Assembly (NCBI RefSeq): GCF_003945235.1
Contig: NZ_RSDW01000001.1
Span: forward strand, 5,310,001-5,342,000
Origin: Edaphobacter aggregans
Lineage (GTDB): Bacteria; Acidobacteriota; Terriglobia; Terriglobales; Acidobacteriaceae
DNA: 32,000 bases
Reading direction: 5' to 3'
Part shown: in pieces, positions 17,147 through 25,297 of the stretch
Layout: the number at the start of each line of letters is the position of its first letter
How positions within the stretch are numbered: the stretch's first letter is position 1
Notes under the pieces: model-generated
Told to the model about the DNA's origin: nothing
Database searches by the model: none
The model's input: the letters and a program-made list of their open reading frames with translations, nothing else
Translations under genes and position numbers: made by a program

Positions 17147-17286
17147 CTAAGGTCTGTGAAACACAGAATTCTTTTCACGCTAACGAAACTGCTGCGACAC
17201 ACCACTAGTCGAAATCGAGCGCGCCAACAGGTATCGGAATGGCTGCGGCGTTATTGGTCGTGTCCGGTCCGAAGAAAAATATATGT

Positions 17287-18093
17287 TCAGGTGCTTTCCG
17301 CGTTCCAGGCCACGCCCAGAAAAACGGTCATCGTCGAGAACTCCATCCACACCATCAAACCGATCGCGGCGGCCAACCCACCGTAGACAGGACCATACTG
17401 CATCTTCTGAACGTAAATTCCAAACAATAGACTGACGCCCCACCATAGAATCGCAGCCGCAGTTGCTCCCGGCAGAACAGACCTCCAAGTCGTTGGGACC
17501 GGTCGCGCGACGCGATAAATCAGTGCCAGGACGAGCATTGTTAGGATCCCTCCTAAGGCCGGAAGCATCACGCTCCAGAAGCCTAGAATCAAAGGAGAGG
17601 GGCCGAATTCTCGATTTATCCATTGGCGCAATGGCTGGCCAAAGACACTCAGCCCGATAGCCAGGAGCCATGCCACAATGGACACGCAGAACAGAAGCAA
17701 GCCACGAAGCTGCCGACCGAGAAAAGAGTGTTTCTCTCGATCCCCATAAATGAGGTGGATGCCTTCCATAATGAGTTTCATCACCTGCGAACCGACGAGC
17801 AGCGTCCCGACCCAGCCGAAAAGCACCCATGCCCAGGGATTCACTTCCCGGCGCAAGAGGGAATCAGAAACGAGCTGCCAACTTCCCGGGGGTAGAATTC
17901 TCGAAAGCCGGCCAATAAGCTCCCCACCGCTCCTCCCTCTTAGAAGGTTGCTCATGAGGCCGAGCACAACCAGCAGACTCGAGAAAAAAGCCAGGAACAT
18001 ATTGAAAGCCACGGCCTGCGACACCATGCCGCATTGTGGAATGACTCTTGCCAGTGCTCGGAACAATTTCTTCGCAAGAGAGGTTAGCGTCAT
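17287..18093 (-). CDS. YihY/BrkB-family inner-membrane protein
   Basis: 268 aa with about 6 hydrophobic helices. The pattern is typical of YihY: ..SQAVAFNMFLAFFSSLLVVLG...YRVARPVPTTWRSVLPGATAAAILWWGVSLLFGIYV...YGGLAAAIGLMVWMEFS.. Confidence 0.85.
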   Translation of the reverse strand: MTLTSLAKKLFRALARVIPQCGMVSQAVAFNMFLAFFSSLLVVLGLMSNLLRGRSGGELIGRLSRILPPGSWQLVSDSLLRREVNPWAWVLFGWVGTLLVGSQVMKLIMEGIHLIYGDREKHSFLGRQLRGLLLFCVSIVAWLLAIGLSVFGQPLRQWINREFGPSPLILGFWSVMLPALGGILTMLVLALIYRVARPVPTTWRSVLPGATAAAILWWGVSLLFGIYVQKMQYGPVYGGLAAAIGLMVWMEFSTMTVFLGVAWNAEST

Positions 18094-18316
18094 GGCGCAA
18101 AATTATATCGGGTTCGGCGAACATTCCCGATGCCTTCTCTATGCGCATGTCAGCTTCTAGCTGCTCAATTTGATAGGGCAAGTTCTCAGCGGACAAGGCC
18201 TGAACTGCCGTCCCTAATCTATAGTGTTGGTAGCTCTCCCCTGTACTGCGGTCGGATCGCGGACGCGTCCCCGAACCGTCCCGGGCAAGACCGCCTCTAC
18301 GAAGGGGTCCATTTAG

Positions 18317-18686
18317 ATGACTGAGTTGAAAAAGACGACATTCGACGCAGCCGCCTTTCTGGCGAACGCTGGTGGGCCTTCGTCGCGTAGGAAACCATTT
18401 CAATGCCGCGCAGATCGGGCATTTTGAGGTGACCAAGTATCTCGGATTCTTTCTTGCCAGGGTGAAGATATATCGGTATCAGATTCAGCAGGGTGCACTC
18501 CCCTTGTGTCCGACCAAGCCGCGCCCCTTGATGTCTCCGCTGCTTGAGGCGGCTGCGAACATAGGCCCCAGGTTGCGTCAGCCGGCTAAGGAATCCCTCA
18601 ATTTCCTGGCCAGACTGAGCTGTTTAGCTCAGTCATTTTTCTGCGTCATTTGGAACAATTGGAAACGTATTCCAGTGTTTGCATAA
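18317..18686 (+). pseudogene. Third, decayed Crp/Fnr paralog (N-terminal part only, frameshifted)
   Basis: ATG 18317 opens MTELKKTTFDAAAFLANAG.., compared with MPELENGKFDAAAFLASAGLGRRI in paralog 2. After the G-run at 18374-18376 the similarity continues one frame over (GLRRVGN...YLGFFLARVKIYR..NIGPRLRQ versus GLGRRII...FYLQKGRAKLTV..VVGLRLAT). No HTH region is left. Confidence 0.4.
18616..18631. promoter_or_regulatory. Palindrome (C)TGAGCT-GTTT-AGCTCA(G), the same half-sites as 17131-17146
   Basis: 7-bp arms CTGAGCT/AGCTCAG span 18615-18632. The site lies about 55 nt upstream of the ATG at 18686. Confidence 0.35.
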
Positions 18687-19495
18687 TGACGACACGGTTG
18701 CCATTTCGTTCCCTTTTGTTGATCTCGCCGCTACTGTTGTGCATGGGGCTACGCCAGTCTGCAAATGCACAACAACGAGGCAAATTCGTTTCGTCTGCAA
18801 ATGCTCCGCTCACGACAGAGCAAGTCGTAGAAAACCTGGTTAAGAGGAATCTTGAGCGGGCCCAGGCGCTCCATGCCTATTTAGGGACTCGAATTTACCA
18901 GGTGGAATACCGCGGTTTTCCAAACGACCGCAGTGCGGAGATGGTCGTGGAGGTAAAGTACCAATCACCCGGAACGAAGGAATTCACAATTCGCTCTGCG
19001 ACTGGGTCTAAAGTGATTATCGACAAAGTATTCAAAAAGCTCCTGCAGGCTGAACAAGAGGCGCTGGCCATAGAGGCTCAAACTCGCTCGGTTTTGAACA
19101 ACGACAATTACAATTTCACGCTGCTTGAGCAACAAAACACGCCATCCGGTTTGATGTACGTGCTTACCGTAGAGCCCAAAATCAAGGACAAGTTTCTTTA
19201 CCAAGGTCGAATCTGGGTGGATGCAGCAGACTTTGCGGTGGTCCGATTAGAGGCAGAACCCGCAAAAAAACCCTCCTTCTGGACGAAGAATAGCGAAATC
19301 GAGCAGGCATACATTAAAGTGGGTGAGTTTTGGCTTCCTGTACGCAACCACAGCATCAGTGAGATCAGGCTTGGTGGAACCGCGGAATTAACAATCCGCT
19401 ACAGCAATTATCGAATCATGAGTAAAGAGCAGATCAGCAATTTGTCAACGGTGGAACCGGTTCGGTCGGTAGACACTACCCACGCGCAACGCTAA
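18686..19495 (+). CDS. LolA-like / outer-membrane lipoprotein-sorting-type periplasmic protein
   Basis: The start is taken at ATG 18686, giving the signal peptide MTTRLPFRSLLLISPLLLCMGLRQSANAQQ. The body (..YQGRIWVDAADFAVVRLEAEPAKKPSFWTKNSEIEQAYIKVGEFWLPVRNHSISEIRLGGTAELTIRYSNY) matches my recollection of LolA_like-fold hypothetical proteins. The family call comes from memory only. Confidence 0.6.
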   Translation: MTTRLPFRSLLLISPLLLCMGLRQSANAQQRGKFVSSANAPLTTEQVVENLVKRNLERAQALHAYLGTRIYQVEYRGFPNDRSAEMVVEVKYQSPGTKEFTIRSATGSKVIIDKVFKKLLQAEQEALAIEAQTRSVLNNDNYNFTLLEQQNTPSGLMYVLTVEPKIKDKFLYQGRIWVDAADFAVVRLEAEPAKKPSFWTKNSEIEQAYIKVGEFWLPVRNHSISEIRLGGTAELTIRYSNYRIMSKEQISNLSTVEPVRSVDTTHAQR

Positions 19496-19663
19496 TGATC
19501 ATTGATAACCTCGTTCGACTCGCGTATTAGTCGGCAATCGCGACATTGCACTCATCTTCTTCACTCCGTAACCAATGAGCAGCAGCCAGTCCGAGAAGAC
19601 CAAGGCCGAATACATTGAGCGTCAGCAGCTAAATGAACAGGCGTCGGGGCCACGGGTCAGAGG

Positions 19664-19699
19664 GCGATAAGAGGCGGATTAGTGGCCGCCTCTTATCGC
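19664..19699. terminator. 14-bp perfect hairpin between convergent genes
   Basis: GCGATAAGAGGCGG (19664-19677) pairs with CCGCCTCTTATCGC (19686-19699) around an 8-nt loop. It ends 9 nt from the DUF892 stop. There is no clear U-tract. Confidence 0.45.
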
Positions 19700-19707
19700 A
19701 AGTTGTT

Positions 19708-20304
19708 CTATCTTGCTGAACTATGTGCTACGAGATCAGAAGCAGCCTTCTTCTCATCTTCCCGACTCTTCTGGGCCGAGTATTTTTCTTTACCCGTTTG
19801 AGGCTTCTTGTCTTCTTCTTCGGGCTGATTTGCGGATTCCCGAAGGATTGGCTTCGCCGCGACGAGAATCTTCTCTGCCGCCTTCTGCTCCTCGTTCAGG
19901 TTCTTAGTGAGAAGGCCGGAAACATCTTTCAGGCCCAGCGTGTCCGCCATCGCGATTGCGGCCATATAGCCAGCAATCTCATAGTGTTCAGTCCTAAGGG
20001 CTGCTCCCACAATCCCTGAGTCGAATGATGCGCCCTCTTCGTCCTTCTCCAGAGCATCCGCGCCCTCTTCTATGACGCCTTCCATACCGTTACAGTGCTC
20101 ACCGGTAGGCTTCTCCTCAAGAATCTCGAAGACCTGTTTCAGGCGAAGGACCTGTTCCTTCGTCTCTTCAAGATGTGCTGTAAAGAGGGCCTTTAGCTGC
20201 GCATTCTTGGCGCCTTTGGCCAGCTTTGGAAGTGCTTTGACGAGCTGATTCTCCGCACTATACATGTCCCGGAGTTCATCGACTAGTACGTTAGTGAGTG
20301 CCAT
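19708..20304 (-). CDS. DUF892 (YciE/YciF-like) ferritin-like stress protein with an acidic/basic C-terminal tail
   Basis: 198 aa: MALTNVLVDELRDMYSAENQLVKALPKLAKGAKNAQLKALFTAHLEETKEQVLRLKQVFE...LRTEHYEIAGY.. This is the typical DUF892 four-helix pattern. Confidence 0.9.
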   Translation of the reverse strand: MALTNVLVDELRDMYSAENQLVKALPKLAKGAKNAQLKALFTAHLEETKEQVLRLKQVFEILEEKPTGEHCNGMEGVIEEGADALEKDEEGASFDSGIVGAALRTEHYEIAGYMAAIAMADTLGLKDVSGLLTKNLNEEQKAAEKILVAAKPILRESANQPEEEDKKPQTGKEKYSAQKSREDEKKAASDLVAHSSAR

Positions 20305-20830
20305 TTGAATCCTGCTTTCAATCGTTATGTTGGATGTAGACCGCTTAACGAAAGCTGAAGGCAGGTACGGTCAAAGCTAAAGCGATCTCGACCGGTTTCA
20401 TTAGAGTGAGATGCAGAATACTTCACCAGGCTCGCCCGCTCATGGCGATAAATAGCATCTCAACATAGAGAGGGCCATCATGAAAGCAGCAACCGCCGCC
20501 GGAATTCCTCATAGTACTCGGAATAATTGGTTTTGCCGTGGGGTGAATCAGCGTCATCCTTCAGTAGACGGATGTGGACGTAGGTCCCGTCCAACTGTCG
20601 CGCAAAGAGACGAATACTATGCCGATCTCACCGATCCTGAGCACCCTCTCGTTGATCGCCGAGTTGGCTTAGTCGTTGTTGGCGTCGGAATAAGTAATTT
20701 CTGGCATTCGGGCACACAGTAAGTCCGTCCATTTCCCTCCCAAGATCGTGATCCTTTAGATCGCGTCGTAGGTTTCCTGCAGAGAACTCCTCGACTTTTC
20801 CACCATCTGCCGTGAGTCAGGGAGGTTCTT

Positions 20831-21703
20831 ATGTATCACCACGTCAAGAAGCTTATGTATACCGTTACGATTGGAGAGCCCGACCCGAAGTTCGGGAAGA
20901 TGTTGCTTGAGCAGTTCGGCGGAGCTAACGGCGAACTGGCGGCCGCTATGCAGTACTCGATCCAGGGGTTTAACTGTGAAGATGCCGCACGGAAAGATTT
21001 GTTGATGGATATCGGAACTGAAGAACTCAGTCACCTGGAAGTCGTGGGCGCGTTGATTCGCATGCACCTCAAACCTATGAAAGATGAGCGAGAAGCAGCA
21101 GAGGCCGACCCTTTGGTAGCGATTGCAGGCGGCGGTGGCGTGGCCCTTTTTGATTCGATGGGAAATGCATGGACGGCAGACTACCTGAAGATTACTGGCG
21201 ATCTCGCTGTCGATCTGCGCAGCAATATCGCGGCGGAAGCTCGCGCGAAGATCGTGTATGAACGCCTTATTAGCTTCACAGAGGACCAGGGGTCTAAGCA
21301 GGCGCTTCAATTTCTGATGACGCGAGAAGTCACTCATATGCGCGCTTTCACTGCAGCTTTAGACAGCATGGAGAAGCCACAGTTCGCGCTAGGTATTATC
21401 CAACCCACGCCGGGTTTGGTGGACCAGTTCTTCAACGGGTCCACCGGGGAGAGTCAATACGGGGAATCCGATTTCAAAGGACCCTGGAATAGCGGCAATG
21501 GTCTTCACACCGTGCAATCGGAGATTAAAGAGGGCGAGGGCCTGGACGTCACCCCCTACGATCCAAAGCCGGGAACCGAAACGACCTCTCCTGTCGATTC
21601 GACTCCAGTGGGCGAGTGGACGAACGGCGTCGGCGAGAAGCAAAAGGCCCTCCACGAGGCGAAGGAAAGAGATGCGGCAAAATATGCGACTGTTGAAGTC
21701 TGA
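20831..21703 (+). CDS. Manganese (non-haem) catalase
   Basis: GGAGG lies 6 nt upstream of the ATG. The product shows ..FGGANGELAAAMQYSIQG..., EELSHLEVVGA, AAEARAKIVYERL and LMTREVTHMRAF, which are the di-Mn ligand motifs of the Mn-catalase family. Confidence 0.92.
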   Translation: MYHHVKKLMYTVTIGEPDPKFGKMLLEQFGGANGELAAAMQYSIQGFNCEDAARKDLLMDIGTEELSHLEVVGALIRMHLKPMKDEREAAEADPLVAIAGGGGVALFDSMGNAWTADYLKITGDLAVDLRSNIAAEARAKIVYERLISFTEDQGSKQALQFLMTREVTHMRAFTAALDSMEKPQFALGIIQPTPGLVDQFFNGSTGESQYGESDFKGPWNSGNGLHTVQSEIKEGEGLDVTPYDPKPGTETTSPVDSTPVGEWTNGVGEKQKALHEAKERDAAKYATVEV

Positions 21704-21736
21704 TTTCGAAGTTGGCTGTTTGTTACTCTTAAAAAG

Positions 21737-21762
21737 GCCCGCATCCGCGGGCTTTTTCTTTG
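21737..21762 (+). terminator. Rho-independent terminator of the catalase gene
   Basis: GCCCGC-ATCC-GCGGGC is followed by TTTTTCTTT, and lies 34 nt after the stop. Confidence 0.75.
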
Positions 21763-22052
21763 TGTTGCCTTCGTATCAAATAAAACGCTTGAACGACGAC
21801 CAAGCTTTTGATCTTTGTCTCTCTGCATCGTATGAAATAGATTTCGATTCCTATCGAAAGTCTGCCATTCGGCGGTGATACCATCCTCGCCCTCTCATGG
21901 TCACGTCATTCGTAAAGGAGTCGCAGTGGTGAGTCTGTTTGAGTGAAGCTCGCGAAAAGTTGAAGAGGGGTTGCACCATGCGTCCATCTATTCTCGTAGA
22001 CAACGCACTCGCATAGGACTAGGCTTAAGCCTCACAAGAGAGAGGCGACAAG

Positions 22053-22250
22053 ATGGTTTTCACTCTTCCGCCCTTCTTCCCGCACAGACGAAATCGAGAC
22101 GGTTCGTTCGACTCCATTTGCCTGAAGTGCTTGATCACAATTGCTAACGCAAGAATTGAAGCCGATCTGGCAGCGCACGACATGGATCACGTCTGCAATC
22201 CTTCCATCTTGTCCCAACAGGCTTTTGATCGCGCTCGGACACCGCGCTAA
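22053..22250 (+). CDS. Small CxxC-x19-HxC protein, copy B (65 aa)
   Basis: MVFTLPPFFPHRRNRDGSFDSICLKCLITIANARIEADLAAHDMDHVCNPSILSQQAFDRARTPR. Upstream in-frame stops fix the start. It is a paralog of 9410-9607. The antisense ORF 22032-22310 is judged spurious. Confidence 0.7.
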   Translation: MVFTLPPFFPHRRNRDGSFDSICLKCLITIANARIEADLAAHDMDHVCNPSILSQQAFDRARTPR

Positions 22251-22293
22251 CCGATCCAGCCTTGCCCATTTCTGAACGTCTTTAGGCGGCGTG

Positions 22294-22467
22294 ATGATGG
22301 TTGAAATCAAATTTTCACACCGCTACAACCCTGATGGGATGTGGCAATCAATTTGCCCGGAATGTTATAGAACTGTGGCGGAAAGCCGCGAAGAGGCAGA
22401 CCTAAAGCGAGCCGAGAGCATCCATGTTTGCCTCTCACTCAATGGGCGCATGGTTCGGATCGATTAG
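22294..22467 (+). CDS. Small CxxC-x19-HxC protein, copy C (57 aa, below the ORF-track cutoff)
   Basis: Hand translation gives MMVEIKFSHRYNPDGMWQSICPECYRTVAESREEADLKRAESIHVCLSLNGRMVRID*. It has the same H-R-x-N-x-D-G...SIC-x-E-C...x19...HVC layout as copies A and B. It lies 43 nt downstream of copy B. Confidence 0.6.
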   Translation: MMVEIKFSHRYNPDGMWQSICPECYRTVAESREEADLKRAESIHVCLSLNGRMVRID

Positions 22468-22668
22468 GTTAGATCGCACTGCCGGACCAGCGTTCGATTG
22501 ATTTCGCAGCCGCAGTGAAGTTCGGCGTGGGTTCGGATGTCCATGCGACGCATGGCCGTACAATACGCGAAAGCCGCACTTCGAGACGATCAGGGACGAT
22601 TACCGGGATGCGAAGCGATTGCTGAAGCCTCATCATCCTGATTAGAGGAAGATGGGGGCTTAAAGTTT

Positions 22669-23346
22669 TTAACCTCCTGTTTGGAGCCTAGCTCGCGACC
22701 TGCGCATCAATGCACCGGCAAATCCGATCAGACCGGTCCCCAAGAGCAACAGCGTTCCTGGTTCCGAAATGGTCGCGACTGAAACGGCTGACGTGACTGA
22801 TCCGTAAAAGTCAAGTCCCGTCTCGGCGATTTCTTGCTGCACATCGAATTGCAGTGTGTTCAGGCCAATCAAAAAGTCCCCCGTTGGAAGGGTAATCAAG
22901 GTTGGAACGGAGCAGTTAGGAGGGCCACTGGCACAATGAGCGTCGGTGCCGAGATTGCCTTCTGGCTCCAGCATGTCACCGTTAAAGATGACATCGGTTG
23001 TGTCATCGGCCAGTATCGAGATGGAGCCGGTGTAATTGCTGGATAGGGCAGTAAAGGTGGTGGTGTACGAGTAGACAGCATTGGGCTCGATAACGCTTCC
23101 TCCTGGGCCTGATCCTGCATTATTCGAGACCCAGACGGAGTTAGCTCCTGCAGGCGCCCACACACTATCTGCGGTGAGAGCAAATGTTGCGGTAGACCCT
23201 CCCACAAAAGCAACAGCAGTGTTTCCATTACCCAGGTTTGGACCACCGGTCTGGTAACTACCTAGTTGAATCGTATCTGCTGACGCAAAAGCGGTCACGA
23301 AAGCAAGCACCGCTCCAAAGGTCGAAGCCTTCCAATCGAGTTTCAT
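22669..23346 (-). CDS. PEP-CTERM-anchored secreted protein
   Basis: The start is taken at ATG 23346 (AGGAGG 4 nt upstream), giving the signal peptide MKLDWKASTFGAVLAFVTAFASA. The C-terminus ..ISEPGTLLLLGTGLIGFAGALMRRSRAR is a PEP-CTERM-type sorting signal (SEP variant, TM helix, Arg cluster). Confidence 0.8.
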   Translation of the reverse strand: MKLDWKASTFGAVLAFVTAFASADTIQLGSYQTGGPNLGNGNTAVAFVGGSTATFALTADSVWAPAGANSVWVSNNAGSGPGGSVIEPNAVYSYTTTFTALSSNYTGSISILADDTTDVIFNGDMLEPEGNLGTDAHCASGPPNCSVPTLITLPTGDFLIGLNTLQFDVQQEIAETGLDFYGSVTSAVSVATISEPGTLLLLGTGLIGFAGALMRRSRARLQTGG

Positions 23347-23642
23347 TAATCCTCCTGAGTACCGTGTAGAGAACTGGACACCATTCATCGGGGCGCTTGC
23401 GCCAGTATTTGGCCGCTCCGATAGACTCAGGCAAAAGTGCCCTCCTCCCATTGAGGACAAGAGGGCGAATTAGTTTTCTGATGGGTAGTTTCCTGCCTGA
23501 ACAGATACTAACTTTTGTTGCTGCAGCAAAGCTGTTCCAAATTGCTCACTATGTGCATTTCGTAAGAACCTGTTCTTTTCCTAGTTAAGCTAAACAACAC
23601 TACTCATAAATTTGGATCCAAACCACTGAGGTTTACTTATGC

Positions 23643-24041
23643 GTGCAATTAGATTTCTTTGCTTTAGCTGCCATTGCTGGTCTCACACTTGCAGCAACTA
23701 CTCCCAAAACACAAGCTCAAATTAGCGTCAACATCGGAGCTGCTCCCAATTGCCCTTATGGCTACTATGAAGCCGCTCCCTACAATTGTGCCCCCTACGG
23801 CTACTACGGCCCGGAATGGTTCACAGGCGGCGTTTTCATTGGTGCAGGCCAGTGGTTTCATGGCCCTGCCAACTTTCAAGGCCATGTAGACAACAATTTC
23901 CATCCCGATCACGGCTATAAGGGGCCCATGCCCGAGCGCGGCGAAGCTCCCAAACCTGAGAACCGTGTCGATAAGGTTGCAAACTTCAAAGGGAACGAAG
24001 TGCGAGACGGACGTGGCCACGTAAGCGGCGAGAAGCGTTAG
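23643..24041 (+). CDS. Small secreted Tyr/Gly/Pro-rich protein (start ambiguous)
   Basis: A GTG-start ORF whose mature part begins ..AQISVNIGAAPNCPYGYYEAAPYNCAPYGYYGPEWF.. A better-placed ATG (23639, with GAGG 7 nt upstream) is in the neighbouring frame. See the finding at 23639-23720. Confidence 0.6.
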   Translation: MQLDFFALAAIAGLTLAATTPKTQAQISVNIGAAPNCPYGYYEAAPYNCAPYGYYGPEWFTGGVFIGAGQWFHGPANFQGHVDNNFHPDHGYKGPMPERGEAPKPENRVDKVANFKGNEVRDGRGHVSGEKR

Positions 24042-24371
24042 ATAGATTCATTTTATGGAAACAGCAAAGAGTCCCACACATTCCCTCTGCACTCGCATTG
24101 GGTTGGTGTGGGGCTCCTTGTTGTTCACTCGCCTACCGCAAGTCGTAGATGTGCCTGCGTGGATTCAATCCAAAATAGGCGGCTAACGCCAGTTAATCCT
24201 ACCAACGAGAGGCCAAAGGTCGTTACTATGAGTACAGCAGACCTAAGGCATGGCTCTGGTATTTTGAATACGAACTCGAGTGGCCTCGTCGATGTCGGTT
24301 CCTAAAGAGCGCGTCCCGACCCAGGGTTCACAACTGACGTGATCAAAGGATGCGTGACACGAGTTCGCTTA

Positions 24372-24782
24372 TCAGAACTCGTATTGCGGCATCAAAGAAC
24401 AATATAGGGATGCAGCAGGTGTGAAGAACTCAACGGGCACGATCCAGACGGATGGGCACTGATTATGAAGGTTGTGATTGATTATGTTGTTGGATATGTA
24501 GGGGGAACCTGCACTGGCAGTTATTTGCTTGACGGTTGCCGACCACCGGAAGTGGGCGATGTCATACAGCTGTTCGTTAGGAAAGGCAAATCGCCGGTAA
24601 CTGTCGATCTCGTCGGAGCCCCAGTCAAACGCGATCGGGAGGTGCACATTCGGGTTCTCTGCTCGGTCACAGCGCTCACGGCGTAGCGTGGTGGGATTAG
24701 AACGTTTGCTGCTATGACCGCGATCCGACAAACAGCAGATCGACGAAGCCTGCCATCTTGGCAAAGTGGGATGCTGGCACAT
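24372..24782 (-). CDS. Hypothetical protein (weak call)
   Basis: A 136-aa ORF. Only the C-terminal two thirds look protein-like (..HLPIAFDWGSDEIDSYRRFAFPNEQLYDIAHFRWSATVKQI..). It overlaps other ORFs on both strands and I recognise no family. Confidence 0.3.
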   Translation of the reverse strand: MCQHPTLPRWQASSICCLSDRGHSSKRSNPTTLRRERCDRAENPNVHLPIAFDWGSDEIDSYRRFAFPNEQLYDIAHFRWSATVKQITASAGSPYISNNIINHNLHNQCPSVWIVPVEFFTPAASLYCSLMPQYEF

Positions 24783-24917
24783 TCGTCGACATCTTTCCGC
24801 GAGTCTTCCACGGATCTGAGCTGTTGTTCAAGGGCAGACAGCGTTACCGGACTCCGGGATGAAGATATAACGCAAGTTTCGTAGCTCAGTGCGGAATCAG
24901 GTGCACAATCGCGATTT

Positions 24918-25133
24918 TCAGTGAGCGAACTCCTCGATCTCAAGAAGAACCTTGCCGATGCTATTACGGCATGTCTTCTGCATGGCCCTCAAATGACATA
25001 CTTCCTCTTTGAGCAGGCTGTCATCAATCCTTCGTCGTTGTGCGACGAGGCGAGCCACCTCTAACTCCATCCCTTTGATATCTGATTCCAGTCGTTGGAT
25101 GAATCCATTCAAAAATCCCACTGTGTCTTGCAT
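24918..25133 (-). CDS. Hypothetical 71-aa coiled-coil protein
   Basis: GAGGGAG lies 8 nt upstream of ATG 25133. The sequence is heptad-like: ..FIQRLESDIKGMELEVARLVAQRRRIDDSLLKEEVCHLRAMQK.. Confidence 0.5.
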   Translation of the reverse strand: MQDTVGFLNGFIQRLESDIKGMELEVARLVAQRRRIDDSLLKEEVCHLRAMQKTCRNSIGKVLLEIEEFAH

Positions 25134-25297
25134 GGCGGCTACTCCCTCGCTGTTTCCAATTATGAATAGGAATTTGAAGATTTATTTGCAGGCGAAACCC
25201 CGATCGGCAGGTACGCTCGTTTTTCCACCGCGTTTTAAAAACTAGATGCATAAGCCCGTCGAACTCGTTCGCCTGAGCGACAGACTATCGTTGGACG

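Noticed and set aside
17180-18436. 216-aa and 190-aa minus-strand ORFs overlapping the YihY gene and its upstream region
   Set aside because: These are alternative frames of a membrane-protein gene and of the decayed Crp region. Their composition is Arg/Ser/Pro-rich and they have no RBS.
20756-21337. 193-aa ORF antisense to the Mn-catalase
   Set aside because: The opposite frame carries unmistakable Mn-catalase motifs and a GGAGG RBS. The antisense product has no recognisable features.
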